A DNA stretch of 64,000 bases, from assembly GCA_040391235.1 (NCBI GenBank), contig JBEBYG010000019.1, positions 4,491-68,490 on the forward strand, in the 5' to 3' direction. Shown piece after piece: positions 55,387 through 64,000 of this stretch; within the stretch, counting starts at the first letter, position 1, and each line of letters begins with the position of its first letter. The translations under genes and the position numbers were made by a program. The notes beneath the pieces were generated by a model. It was not told where the DNA came from. It ran no database searches and saw only the letters and a program-made list of their open reading frames with translations. The stretch is from Cryomorpha ignava (GTDB lineage: Bacteria; Bacteroidota; Bacteroidia; Flavobacteriales_F; PHOS-HE28).

Positions 55387-56363
55387 CAGCTAAAGCGGCG
55401 TTGCAACAGATCGGTGAAGGTGGCGGCCACCTCTTCGCCCGGCGGCTTGGGCAGCTTGGCCGTGATCTCGGTGTTCATGTAGGCTTGGGCCTCTTCCAAG
55501 CCACCCATCGCGTTGATCGCATCGATGGCTTGCTCATACCGATTGCGATCGCCGGCGAACAGCTCGGCCACGAACCAGAATTTCTGGCTGAGCGCGATGG
55601 CCTTCCGCAGATCGGCGACGGGCGCTTGCTCCATCTTGCCGGCCACGGAGAGCGGCTGTTCCACAGGGGCATTCACAATTGCCGGTTTTGCTTTCACCGG
55701 CTGAGCGGCGGTCGGCTCTTCGGCCTTGGGCTTAGCTGGCTCCTCCAGCTTTGGCTTGGCTGGCTCTTCGGCGGTTGGCTTGGCGGGCTCCTCTGGCTTC
55801 GGCTCTTCGGCTTTCGGCTTGGTTGGCTCCTCGGCCTTCGGCTTAGCTGGCTCTTCCGGCTTCGGCGCCTCGGCTTGAGGAGCCTCGGCTTGCACAGCCT
55901 CGGCTTTCGGCTTTTCTGGCTCCTCAGCTTTTGGTTTCGCTGGCTCTTCAGCCTTCGGTTTCGTTGGTTTCTCCGCCTTGGGGGCCGGAGCCACAGGGGC
56001 CTCCTCTCCCCCGTTCTCGGTCTCCGCGATGGCGTCGATCAAGGAAGTTTGCAAAGGCGCGATCTCTGCCGGACGCGTATCCAAGCGCATGGGTGGTTGC
56101 GCTTCCTCTTCCGTGGCAGCGGGCTCCTTCGTCCTGTTCGGCCGGACCGGAGCTTCGGGCGCTACCGCCTTCTTTCCTACGCCCACCGCGGCTTCCCGGG
56201 CTTTGTGCCGCAGCACTACGAAGCGTTCAAAGATCGCTCGCGCGTCCTCCGTGCATTGCTCGAGTTCGTTCAGGCTGAGCTTCCCTTCCTCCAACCGGCC
56301 GATGGCCTGCTGTAGTGAATGGATCAACTCGTTCATGCGTTCAGAGGCTTTGTGCTGGGCCAT
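55386..56363 (-). CDS. Conserved hypothetical protein with Pro/Lys/Glu/Ala repeat linker
   Basis: Coiled N-terminus, (KPKAEEPA)-type repeats, C-terminal DLRKAIALSQKFWFVAELF domain. Confidence 0.8.
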   Translation of the reverse strand: MAQHKASERMNELIHSLQQAIGRLEEGKLSLNELEQCTEDARAIFERFVVLRHKAREAAVGVGKKAVAPEAPVRPNRTKEPAATEEEAQPPMRLDTRPAEIAPLQTSLIDAIAETENGGEEAPVAPAPKAEKPTKPKAEEPAKPKAEEPEKPKAEAVQAEAPQAEAPKPEEPAKPKAEEPTKPKAEEPKPEEPAKPTAEEPAKPKLEEPAKPKAEEPTAAQPVKAKPAIVNAPVEQPLSVAGKMEQAPVADLRKAIALSQKFWFVAELFAGDRNRYEQAIDAINAMGGLEEAQAYMNTEITAKLPKPPGEEVAATFTDLLQRRFS

Positions 56364-56384
56364 GGCGTTGGTTACGGTGCGTGC

Positions 56385-56419
56385 GAAATTCGCTAAATTC
56401 GTGCCGCTTCCCAAATGGC
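56385..56419 (+). repeat. 35-bp direct repeat, left copy
   Basis: GAAATTCGCTAAATTCGTGCCGCTTCCCAAATGGC, identical to 59318-59352. Confidence 0.95.
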
Positions 56420-56526
56420 TGCATCCGCGCATGCCACAGGCTCCTGTTCAATAGCGACAATAAGAGGTCCGGATCATCGGGCGAGAAAGCCTTTTTCACG
56501 CTGACTGCATCCCTCCTTCCACCGCT

Positions 56527-59010
56527 CTAATGGGCCACTACCAGCCGCTTCACTTCGGCACGCTGGCTTGTAACGATACCGACCATGTAGCTGCCGGAAG
56601 CCACGTCGCTGGGAAGCGCTATAGCAATCGGTGTGGCAGACTCCGGCACAACTGTGCGCATCACTGTTCTTCCAGTGGCATCGGTGACCATAACGATCGC
56701 CGTTCCCGAGGATGGACCAAGCTGCAAAAAGAAGACATCGCCCTGATTTGGATTGGGCCACAGCCGTGAGCTGCCAAGATCATTTTCGGAAAGACCTGTG
56801 GATAGTTCACCCGCACAGATGCACTCCTCGTTGATCACGTCATTCACCGTGGCCGGGTCGCCATCATCGCAGGCATCGCCCATTCGTCCGGGCGTTTCAG
56901 GACAGGTGTCGTCCGCATTGGCCACGTGACCATCGGGCTGTTCACAGGCGAGCACTTCATCACTTTCGTCGCCATACCCGTCACCATCGGTATCAGCGTA
57001 CCAGGGCGTGGCGGGGATCTTGGTCACGTACACGTAAGCCATGTCATTGCAGCCACCGTTTATGACCACGTAACGGCACGTATTTGAATTGTGGAATGCA
57101 GGATCGTACGTGCCGTTAAAAGCACCAATACCGATGGACCATGAACCTCCGGGCATCGCACCAACGCCCAAGAGTGGGAACAAAGGGATCGAGGGGTCTG
57201 TGCTGCACACGGTGATGGCCGTATCTGCGCCTGCGTATACAGCATCATATTCCCTCAGGTTGATCCGCACCACCGGGCAGCCCCACGTATCCTGGTGGTA
57301 GAAATAGTATCCTGAAGTATCCACGGCAGGATCGTAATAGCCCGGATGAGACTCGCCGTTCATGTACCAGGAGCCGGAGGGCAGCGTCATATCCGCGAGA
57401 GAGTCCAAACTATGCAAACCTTCCGGGCTGCAGAGGATCACGAACCTGTTCTGTTGACCGACCACCGCTGCTTGCACACTCATGGCCACCGTACCGCATG
57501 CATTCGATACCATCAATGTGTAGTTGCCCCCGCTCGCACCGGGTGCCATTGTAGAGGCTTCGCTGTTCTGCACCACGTTGCTTCCACTCCATTGGTAGTT
57601 CAGACAGGGTCCATCCGCGATCACTTCGGCGTGCAGCAACAATGTGTCTCCGGCACAAATGGGAGCATTGGTAGTGAGACTCAGGATCTGTGGCGGCACA
57701 CAGGCCCCTACCCCGGCGGTGTCCAGCACCAGTGGTACAAGGGTCCAATTCGAGCTACATGCATTAATTACTGTGATGGAGTAATCTCCCGCGATGGCCG
57801 CCGGGACTGTGGCATTCGCACTGCTGCCCACCACGACGCCGAAGGGGTCCATCCATTGATAGCTAATAGGACCAGGTCCAACGGCGGTACAGGACAGGGT
57901 CAATGGGGTAGTTTGACAGGGCGGGACAGATCCATTGGCTGAAACGATCTGGGGCGGGGTGCATTGGAGGATCTCATCAAACCAAAATACCACCGTATCC
58001 GAGCCGCAGGCATTGTAGGTGATCGCCAAGTACTCACCACTACCCGCAGAGTTGGGAACAGGCACCTGTCCGTTATACTTGTATGAATAAGGGACGCCGT
58101 CGGGAGCCACTACCACATACTGCAGGCAAGTGCCGGTCGCCGTCATTCTGAATTTGATCTTCGCAGGGCCGAAACTGGAGGTGGCAGAGATGATCTCTGG
58201 TGGCATGCAAGCTGTTGTGTCTTCCAACGACACGGGTACCACCATGGTATCAGATCCGCATGGGCCGTTCACCACCAACAGGAATGGACCGGTATGCCCA
58301 TTGATCGTATCATTGGCCAGATAACTACGCGGCAGGCCGGAGTACAGGCCGTACCACGATATATCCAACGCGGTCCCTTCGGCCTCCATTGACAGTACAG
58401 TGGGACTATTGCAGTCCGCTCCTTGCACCGCGCTCGCCGAAGTGATCATCGGTGGAACACAGGGCTCGCAATCGCCGCCGGGAATGGGATCGGACGTGAT
58501 CACTCCGGTCATGCCGATGCCGCCCATGGAGAAGTGATAGTCCAAGTTGTTCATGCCGGTATAGGCGTTCTGGACCAGTTCCACATGGCGGCAACCACTG
58601 AGTTCACGGATGCGCACTCCTCCAACAACAATGCCGGCTGGCGTAATGGGACAGCTTGCCTGCTCCAAAGGCCGCTCACCCGTTAGCACAAGCGTGAAGT
58701 ATCGGTGGTTCCCAATATCCACTGTTCCACCGTAGTTGGCCAAGGTGTAGCCTTCGCACCCCCGCCGAACATCACCATTGTTGGCCACGCCACCCGATGC
58801 TAATTCCCATCGGATGGTAAAAACTGCATTCGGCACCGCCCCCCACGCGCCTTCGGTGGCGGTGGCACGCACGACGAAGGAATCAGGCACCACAGTGGTG
58901 TGCAGACTGAGGTTGATCTGCTGGGCAGAGAGGAGGAGCGGGAAGAGCGTGACCAAAACCGCGCACGACCGCAACCCGCTATTACAGAGAGAAGAGATTG
59001 TTCTGTACAT
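56527..59010 (-). CDS. Cys-rich multi-Ig-like secreted protein with Ca-binding-like motifs and T9SS CTD
   Basis: Repeated CxPPxI..N(A/G)CG modules; WYADTDGDGYGD; CDDGDPATVND; LWPNPN..TDATGR..GSY CTD. Start approximate. Confidence 0.85.
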   Translation of the reverse strand: MYRTISSLCNSGLRSCAVLVTLFPLLLSAQQINLSLHTTVVPDSFVVRATATEGAWGAVPNAVFTIRWELASGGVANNGDVRRGCEGYTLANYGGTVDIGNHRYFTLVLTGERPLEQASCPITPAGIVVGGVRIRELSGCRHVELVQNAYTGMNNLDYHFSMGGIGMTGVITSDPIPGGDCEPCVPPMITSASAVQGADCNSPTVLSMEAEGTALDISWYGLYSGLPRSYLANDTINGHTGPFLLVVNGPCGSDTMVVPVSLEDTTACMPPEIISATSSFGPAKIKFRMTATGTCLQYVVVAPDGVPYSYKYNGQVPVPNSAGSGEYLAITYNACGSDTVVFWFDEILQCTPPQIVSANGSVPPCQTTPLTLSCTAVGPGPISYQWMDPFGVVVGSSANATVPAAIAGDYSITVINACSSNWTLVPLVLDTAGVGACVPPQILSLTTNAPICAGDTLLLHAEVIADGPCLNYQWSGSNVVQNSEASTMAPGASGGNYTLMVSNACGTVAMSVQAAVVGQQNRFVILCSPEGLHSLDSLADMTLPSGSWYMNGESHPGYYDPAVDTSGYYFYHQDTWGCPVVRINLREYDAVYAGADTAITVCSTDPSIPLFPLLGVGAMPGGSWSIGIGAFNGTYDPAFHNSNTCRYVVINGGCNDMAYVYVTKIPATPWYADTDGDGYGDESDEVLACEQPDGHVANADDTCPETPGRMGDACDDGDPATVNDVINEECICAGELSTGLSENDLGSSRLWPNPNQGDVFFLQLGPSSGTAIVMVTDATGRTVMRTVVPESATPIAIALPSDVASGSYMVGIVTSQRAEVKRLVVAH

Positions 59011-59115
59011 GATGGCAACGTCCAACGGCATCAATATACAGCGACATATCCGGACCAAACCAAAGCGATCACGTTCAGTCCGGGCCGACCTGAACCCTCG
59101 AACGGGTAGAAAGAG

Positions 59116-59243
59116 AACCACAGATGAACACGGATAGACACGGCTGAAAGCGGATCACGCGGGAACCGGTTTCACCGTGGACCCAGCGCCTGTGGCTTCT
59201 CAAAGATCTGGTTATCCGTGTAAATCTGTGTCCATCCGTGGTT
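59116..59243. mobile_element. 128-bp MITE-like element with 30-bp imperfect terminal inverted repeats
   Basis: Left arm AACCACAGATGAACACGGATAGACACGGCT; reverse complement of right arm AACCACGGATGGACACAGATTTACACGGAT. Mobility is inferred. Confidence 0.55.
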
Positions 59244-59317
59244 AAAAAGACAACCTGTATGGCGCGCCCAAAGGGCGCATCAGGAGGCACTGCTTGTCCT
59301 CTGGAAAGGGTGCCCCT

Positions 59318-59352
59318 GAAATTCGCTAAATTCGTGCCGCTTCCCAAATGGC
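59318..59352 (+). repeat. 35-bp direct repeat, right copy (contains a TAAATTCG -7-like element for tdk)
   Basis: Identical to 56385-56419. Confidence 0.95.
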
Positions 59353-59384
59353 CTTCCCACCAGCCCCCCAAGCCCTTCCTATTC

Positions 59385-59993
59385 ATGTTCCTGGAGCACA
59401 CCGGTAACCGCTCCCCGCGGAAGGGGTGGATCGAGGTTGTTTGCGGCAGCATGTTCTCCGGCAAGACCGAGGAATTGATCCGCCGATTGCGCCGTGCGGA
59501 ATTCGCCAAACAGCGCGTCGGCATCTTCAAGCCCGGCACCGATACCCGCTACCACGAGAGCGATGTGGTGAGCCACGATAAGCGCACCATTCCCAGCACG
59601 CCCGTGCGCGATAGCGCGGCCCTGCTTCCGCTTGCAGCGGGACTGGAAGTGGTGGGGATCGACGAGGCCCAGTTCTTCGATGAGGCCCTGCCGCGTGTGT
59701 GCGAACAGCTGGCTTCGCAAGGTGTGCGCGTGATCGTGGCCGGACTGGACATGGACTTCCAAGGCCGCCCTTTCGGGCCGATGCCGCAGCTGTTGGCCAT
59801 GGCGGAATTCGTGACCAAGGTGCATGCGATCTGCATGCGCTGCGGCGAACTGGCCACCTTCAGCCACCGCACCAATGCCAGCGAACGCCTGATCCTGTTG
59901 GGTGAGACCGATAGCTACGAACCGTTGTGCCGCAACTGTTTCGATGCCGCCCGGGCGGAAAAGTCCGGTGCCACGAACACCCTCTTCCCCTGA
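59385..59993 (+). CDS. tdk: Thymidine kinase
   Basis: [28 protein letters not shown] and YEPLCRNC motifs. Confidence 0.97.
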   Translation: MFLEHTGNRSPRKGWIEVVCGSMFSGKTEELIRRLRRAEFAKQRVGIFKPGTDTRYHESDVVSHDKRTIPSTPVRDSAALLPLAAGLEVVGIDEAQFFDEALPRVCEQLASQGVRVIVAGLDMDFQGRPFGPMPQLLAMAEFVTKVHAICMRCGELATFSHRTNASERLILLGETDSYEPLCRNCFDAARAEKSGATNTLFP

Positions 59994-62449
59994 TGGCACA
60001 AGGGCGGCTGCTGAGCGAGATCGCCGCGGCCACCGGGGGCGTGCTGCACGGTGCCGATCGGCGCATCGAACATCTTTCCATCGATACGCGCCAACCCTTC
60101 CACGCGGAGGACACGCTCTTTATCGCCCTGCGCGGGAAGCACCACGATGGGCACCGCTACATGGATGAACTCCGCCAGCGGGGCATGCGCTGCTTCCTGG
60201 TGGAGCGCGGCGCGGTCCCCCTTGCTGAAGGCGATAGCATGATCGCCGTGGAGGATACCTTGGAAGCCTTGCAACGCTTGGCGGCCTGGCATCGCGCGCA
60301 ATTCAAGCTGCCCGTGATCGGCATCACCGGCAGCAACGGCAAGACCGTGGTGAAGGAGTGGCTCTACCAACTCTTGGCGCCGGACGAGCGCATCGTGCGC
60401 AGCCCGGGCAGCTGGAACAGCCAAGTGGGCGTGCCGCTGAGCGTGTGGGCCATCAGCGCGGACGATAGCCTCGGCATCTTCGAGGCGGGCATCAGCGAAC
60501 CGGGGGAAATGGCCGCACTGGCCCGCATCATCGCACCGGACCTTGGCATCTTCACCAATGTGGGACCCGCCCACAGTGCCGGCTTCCCCAGCGATGCCGC
60601 CAAGGCCGCAGAAAAAGCACTGCTGTTCAGCCATGCGAAGACGGTGGTGTACTGCGCGGATCAGCCGCTCGTACAGACCGCTTTGGCACAACTGAAGGGA
60701 CCGGAATTGCGCCCTTGGTCGCGGAACGGCGAGGCCTATTTGCAAGTGCTGAAGGAAACGATCGAAGGCACGGAGACACGGCTTTCCTTGGTGTGCGAAG
60801 GAAGAACGACCGAGCTCTTGCTGCCCTTCACGGACAGTGCTTCCGTGGAAAATGCGCTGCACTGCATCACGGTGCTGCACCTCCTGGGGCGCTCCGCGAA
60901 GGCCATCGCGAACGGTGTGCAGCATCTGCGGCCCGTGAGCATGCGCTTGGAAATGCTGCCCGGGCTCAACAACGGCACCTTGCTGAACGATGCCTACAGC
61001 AACGATCTTTCGTCGCTCACCATCGCGCTCTCGCAACTGGCACGCACCGCCGCTGGAAGGCCGAAGACCGTGGTGCTCTCGGATATCGCGGAAAGCGGCG
61101 AAGCACCCGCGGAACTCTATGCCCGCATGGCCGGACTGCTCCGCGCTGCGGAAGTGGACCGGCTGATCGGCGTGGGTCCGTTGATGCAGGAACATGCATC
61201 GTTATTCGCTGCCTCGTCGCAGTTCTTTCCGGATGCCGAAGCCCTGCTCCGTGCCCTGCCCTACCCGCCCGAGAACGGGGCCGTTACGCTGGTGAAAGGC
61301 GCGCGCCGCTTCGGGCTGGAACGCGTGGTGGAACGCTGGGAGGAACGCACCCACGGCACCGTGATGGAAGTGGACACCGAGGCGCTCCGCCACAACCTGA
61401 ACCACTACCGCGAACTGTGCGGACCCGATGTGCGCATCATGGCCATGGTGAAGGCGGGCGGCTATGGAAGTGGCGCGGTGGAGCTGGCGCGCTTCTTCGC
61501 GCATGAGCAAGTGGCGTGGCTCGGCGTGGCCTATGCCGATGAAGGGATCGAGCTGCGCAGGCAAGGCATCCACACGCCGGTGCTGGTGATGAATCCCGAG
61601 CCGGTGCCCATGGAGACCTTGCACCGCTATCACCTGGAAGCGGAGGTGTACGACCGGCGCTCACTGCAGGCCGCGTTGGAATTTGCAGAGCACGTACCCG
61701 ATGCACCGGCGGTACACATCAAGCTGGATACCGGCATGCACCGGCTCGGCTACCTGCCGCAGGAAGTCCCTGAACTGATCGAGGCCTTGCGCGGAAACAA
61801 AAAGCTGCGCGTCACCTCCATCCTTTCCCACTTGGCCGCCAGCGAGGATCCGCAGCACGATGCCTTCACGCGGGAACAGATCGCGCTGTTCCGTTCGCTT
61901 TCCGGCGCCATCACCGATGTGCTGGGCTACCAGCCGCTGTTGCACTTGGCCAACTCCGCCGGTGCCACCCGCTTCCCCGAGGCGCGCTTCCACATGGTCC
62001 GCTTGGGCATCGGCCTGCACGGCATCGGCGCGAACGCCGAAGAGACGGCGCAGCTGCTACCCGTGGATACCCTGCGCACCGTGATCGCGCAAGTGAAGGA
62101 GATCCCTGCCGGGGACAGCATCAGCTACGGGCGCAAGGCCCGCGTAACTACCCCCACACGCATCGCCGTGCTGCCCATCGGCTACGCGGATGGCCTCTCC
62201 CGCCGACTCGGTGAAGGCCGAGGCCGCGTGTGGATCCACGGCCAGGAGGCCCGCTTCCTCGGTGCCATCTGCATGGACATGTGCATGGTGGATGTGACGC
62301 ACATCGCCTGTGTGCCTGGGGAGGATGCCTTCCTTTTTTCAGCGGAGCATCCGGTGCAGGAATATGCGGCCGATCTGGGTACTATTTCCTACGAGGCGCT
62401 CACGTCCATCAGCCCGCGGGTGAAGCGGGTTTTTGTGCACGGGGGGTGA
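59993..62449 (+). CDS. murF/alr: Bifunctional MurF / alanine racemase
   Basis: GITGSNGKT and NDAYS (MurF); MVKAGGYG, HIKLDTGMHRLG, GYADG, ICMDM and TISYE (Alr). Confidence 0.96.
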   Translation: MAQGRLLSEIAAATGGVLHGADRRIEHLSIDTRQPFHAEDTLFIALRGKHHDGHRYMDELRQRGMRCFLVERGAVPLAEGDSMIAVEDTLEALQRLAAWHRAQFKLPVIGITGSNGKTVVKEWLYQLLAPDERIVRSPGSWNSQVGVPLSVWAISADDSLGIFEAGISEPGEMAALARIIAPDLGIFTNVGPAHSAGFPSDAAKAAEKALLFSHAKTVVYCADQPLVQTALAQLKGPELRPWSRNGEAYLQVLKETIEGTETRLSLVCEGRTTELLLPFTDSASVENALHCITVLHLLGRSAKAIANGVQHLRPVSMRLEMLPGLNNGTLLNDAYSNDLSSLTIALSQLARTAAGRPKTVVLSDIAESGEAPAELYARMAGLLRAAEVDRLIGVGPLMQEHASLFAASSQFFPDAEALLRALPYPPENGAVTLVKGARRFGLERVVERWEERTHGTVMEVDTEALRHNLNHYRELCGPDVRIMAMVKAGGYGSGAVELARFFAHEQVAWLGVAYADEGIELRRQGIHTPVLVMNPEPVPMETLHRYHLEAEVYDRRSLQAALEFAEHVPDAPAVHIKLDTGMHRLGYLPQEVPELIEALRGNKKLRVTSILSHLAASEDPQHDAFTREQIALFRSLSGAITDVLGYQPLLHLANSAGATRFPEARFHMVRLGIGLHGIGANAEETAQLLPVDTLRTVIAQVKEIPAGDSISYGRKARVTTPTRIAVLPIGYADGLSRRLGEGRGRVWIHGQEARFLGAICMDMCMVDVTHIACVPGEDAFLFSAEHPVQEYAADLGTISYEALTSISPRVKRVFVHGG

Positions 62450-62578
62450 GTGGTGGCGCGTGCCTCCGTTTCTTGGTGGTGGTGGTAGGAAAAATGCCAG
62501 CTGGAAGGCTGGTACCTGCCGACCCGGAACAAGCTCTGTATGCTGGTGGTGTTGATCGATCAGGATGATGCCCATCAC

Positions 62579-62926
62579 ATGCTGATCGATGATCGTGCCA
62601 CCATTGATTTCTTATGGGACTATCTCTTCACTTTCAGCGTGTACTTCAGCCCGGTTGATGATACCGGCATTCATGCGGAATTGGCCCCCAAGGGTCTGAA
62701 GGTCTGGCCCAATCCTGCCCAAGAGCTGATCCAGCTTGAACTGTCTGGAAACGAGATGGGGAAGGTATCTGTTTCCGACTTGGCCGGTCGGCGTGTCATG
62801 GAAATGGAACAGGTGCCCGGCAATGGCGTGCTGGACATCTCCTCGCTCGGTCCGGGCACCTATGTCATTAGCATCCTCACCAACCAGATCCCTATCTATC
62901 ATGCCAAGTTCGAGAAAACTCCTTAG
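62579..62926 (+). pseudogene. 5'-truncated paralog of the T9SS gene at 63108-63923
   Basis: Only the linker and CTD remain; near-identical to 63576-63923; no signal peptide. Confidence 0.7.
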
Positions 62927-63003
62927 CCTCACAGTAGCTTATATGTTAGGGCTGTCTGGGGCTTTCAGCCAAGAATGCCAATTTGTGGACCCGCCGCGTG
63001 TGA
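62599..63003 (+). repeat. ~405-bp direct duplication, partner at 63596-64000 (offset 997 bp)
   Basis: By-eye alignment: 4 mismatches in the first ~85 bp, identical 62683-62934, then diverged. Confidence 0.92.
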
Positions 63004-63023
63004 GATGCCCCGACGAACCGTGA
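62901..63023 (+). pseudogene. Truncated 5' end of an exported-protein gene overlapping the CTD stop
   Basis: MPSSRKLLSLTVAYMLGLSGAFSQECQFVDPPRVRCPDEP*; signal-peptide-like; paralog at 63898. Confidence 0.55.
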
Positions 63024-63107
63024 GGAACGACTTTACGACCATTTTATGACTAGTTCCACATAGGCCCTCACAAAAAACCCACCTTCACTCATCCAATCCC
63101 GCACCGC

Positions 63108-63923
63108 ATGCCCCGCATTCTTCTCCTCGCCCTCGCTTGTTCCCTTGCTGTTGCTGCGGCAGCACAGCCTACTTGGCGCTTCCACTTGGCCTTTGAAGAT
63201 GGAACGGGGGCCAGGGATACCCTGTGGTTGGTCTATGATATTTCGGCGACCGTGGGTTCGGACTTTGATCCACAAGTTGATTATGCCCTTGGGGAAGGAG
63301 TTGCGCAAATTGACCATAACACGTTCAATGTATTTACCTGGAATTGGGATGGCGATTCCACAAAAACGCATGCTTACCCATATACCGAATTCCCAAATTT
63401 TGATGGAACCATAATCGATGCCATCAATTGGACCCCGCCCATGACCATCACGTGGGATACCAGCTTATTCTATGCATCCTATCTGCCTTACGCCCAAGGC
63501 CACCTTGGCATCGCCATTATGGACGGACTGGCGTTCTCGCAATTTGACCATGGCATGGGATTCGGTGTTTTCAATATGCTTTCCGAGAATAGCGTCACCA
63601 TTGATTTCTTATGGGATTATCTCTTCACTTTCAGCGTGTACTTCGGCCCGGTTGACGATACCGGCATTCATGCGGAATCGGCCCCCAAGGGTCTGAAGGT
63701 CTGGCCCAATCCTGCCCAAGAGCTGATCCAGCTTGAACTGTCTGGAAACGAGATGGGGAAGGTATCTGTTTCCGACTTGGCCGGTCGGCGTGTCATGGAA
63801 ATGGAACAGGTGCCCGGCAATGGCGTGCTGGACATCTCCTCGCTCGGTCCGGGCACCTATGTCATTAGCATCCTCACCAACCAGATCCCTATCTATCATG
63901 CCAAGTTCGAGAAAACTCCTTAG
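63108..63923 (+). CDS. T9SS type A sorting domain-containing protein
   Basis: Signal peptide ending AAA|Q; FEDGTGARDTL N-terminal domain; VWPNPA..DLAGR..PGTY CTD. Confidence 0.88.
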   Translation: MPRILLLALACSLAVAAAAQPTWRFHLAFEDGTGARDTLWLVYDISATVGSDFDPQVDYALGEGVAQIDHNTFNVFTWNWDGDSTKTHAYPYTEFPNFDGTIIDAINWTPPMTITWDTSLFYASYLPYAQGHLGIAIMDGLAFSQFDHGMGFGVFNMLSENSVTIDFLWDYLFTFSVYFGPVDDTGIHAESAPKGLKVWPNPAQELIQLELSGNEMGKVSVSDLAGRRVMEMEQVPGNGVLDISSLGPGTYVISILTNQIPIYHAKFEKTP

Positions 63924-64000
63924 CCTCACAGCAGTCTACATGTTAGGGCTGACCGGGGCCTTCAGTCAAGAATGCCACTTCTTGGATCCGCCGCGTGTGA
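63898..64000 (+). CDS. 5' fragment of an exported protein, running off the window edge
   Basis: MPSSRKLLSLTAVYMLGLTGAFSQECHFLDPPRV; several differences from the 62901 copy are synonymous in this frame. Confidence 0.55.
   Translation, partial: MPSSRKLLSLTAVYMLGLTGAFSQECHFLDPPRV

Noticed and set aside
56385-56419. tRNA 3' end or integron attC site as the origin of the 35-bp repeat
   Set aside because: No T-loop or cloverleaf and no RYYYAAC/GTTRRRY boxes.
62490-62578. DUF1566-like fragment (GWYLPTRNKL) fused upstream of the truncated CTD
   Set aside because: A six-residue resemblance is too short to support without a search.
62599-64000. Diversity-generating retroelement TR/VR pair
   Set aside because: Mismatches are not adenine-specific and there is no reverse transcriptase in the window.

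Overview
A chromosomal window from a fairly GC-rich member of the Bacteroidota, most consistent with Flavobacteriales. The evidence is many T9SS type-A C-terminal sorting domains, TAnnTTTG-type -7 promoters, and the murF-alr, moaC-moaB and DAHP synthase-chorismate mutase fusions. Housekeeping genes include rimP-nusA-infB, polA, udk, nadD-gmk-yicC, rsmI, tdk and murF/alr. A dispersed molybdenum-cofactor set (moeB, TSUP, moeA, mobA, moaD, moaE, moaCB, moaA, fdhD, a YdeP/FdhF oxidoreductase, MOSC) is interleaved with a nitrosative-stress operon (trHb III, membrane protein, ric, hemerythrin), a CarH/LitR-like B12 regulator and about eight T9SS cargo genes. I found no rRNA, tRNA, CRISPR array, integrase, transposase or reverse transcriptase. 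The most notable observations are: (1) a pentaheme c-type cytochrome with a T9SS sorting signal, translationally coupled to a MOSC gene; (2) a 55-aa basic protein resembling the ribosome-rescue factor ArfA; (3) a 2.9-kb single-gene insert bracketed by a perfect 35-bp direct repeat that appears to duplicate a divergent promoter; (4) several families of short repeat elements, some inside the fdhD and moaE reading frames; (5) a 997-bp-offset duplicated two-gene module with an identical T9SS-CTD core. All family assignments come from motifs read by eye and recalled knowledge; no database searches were run.
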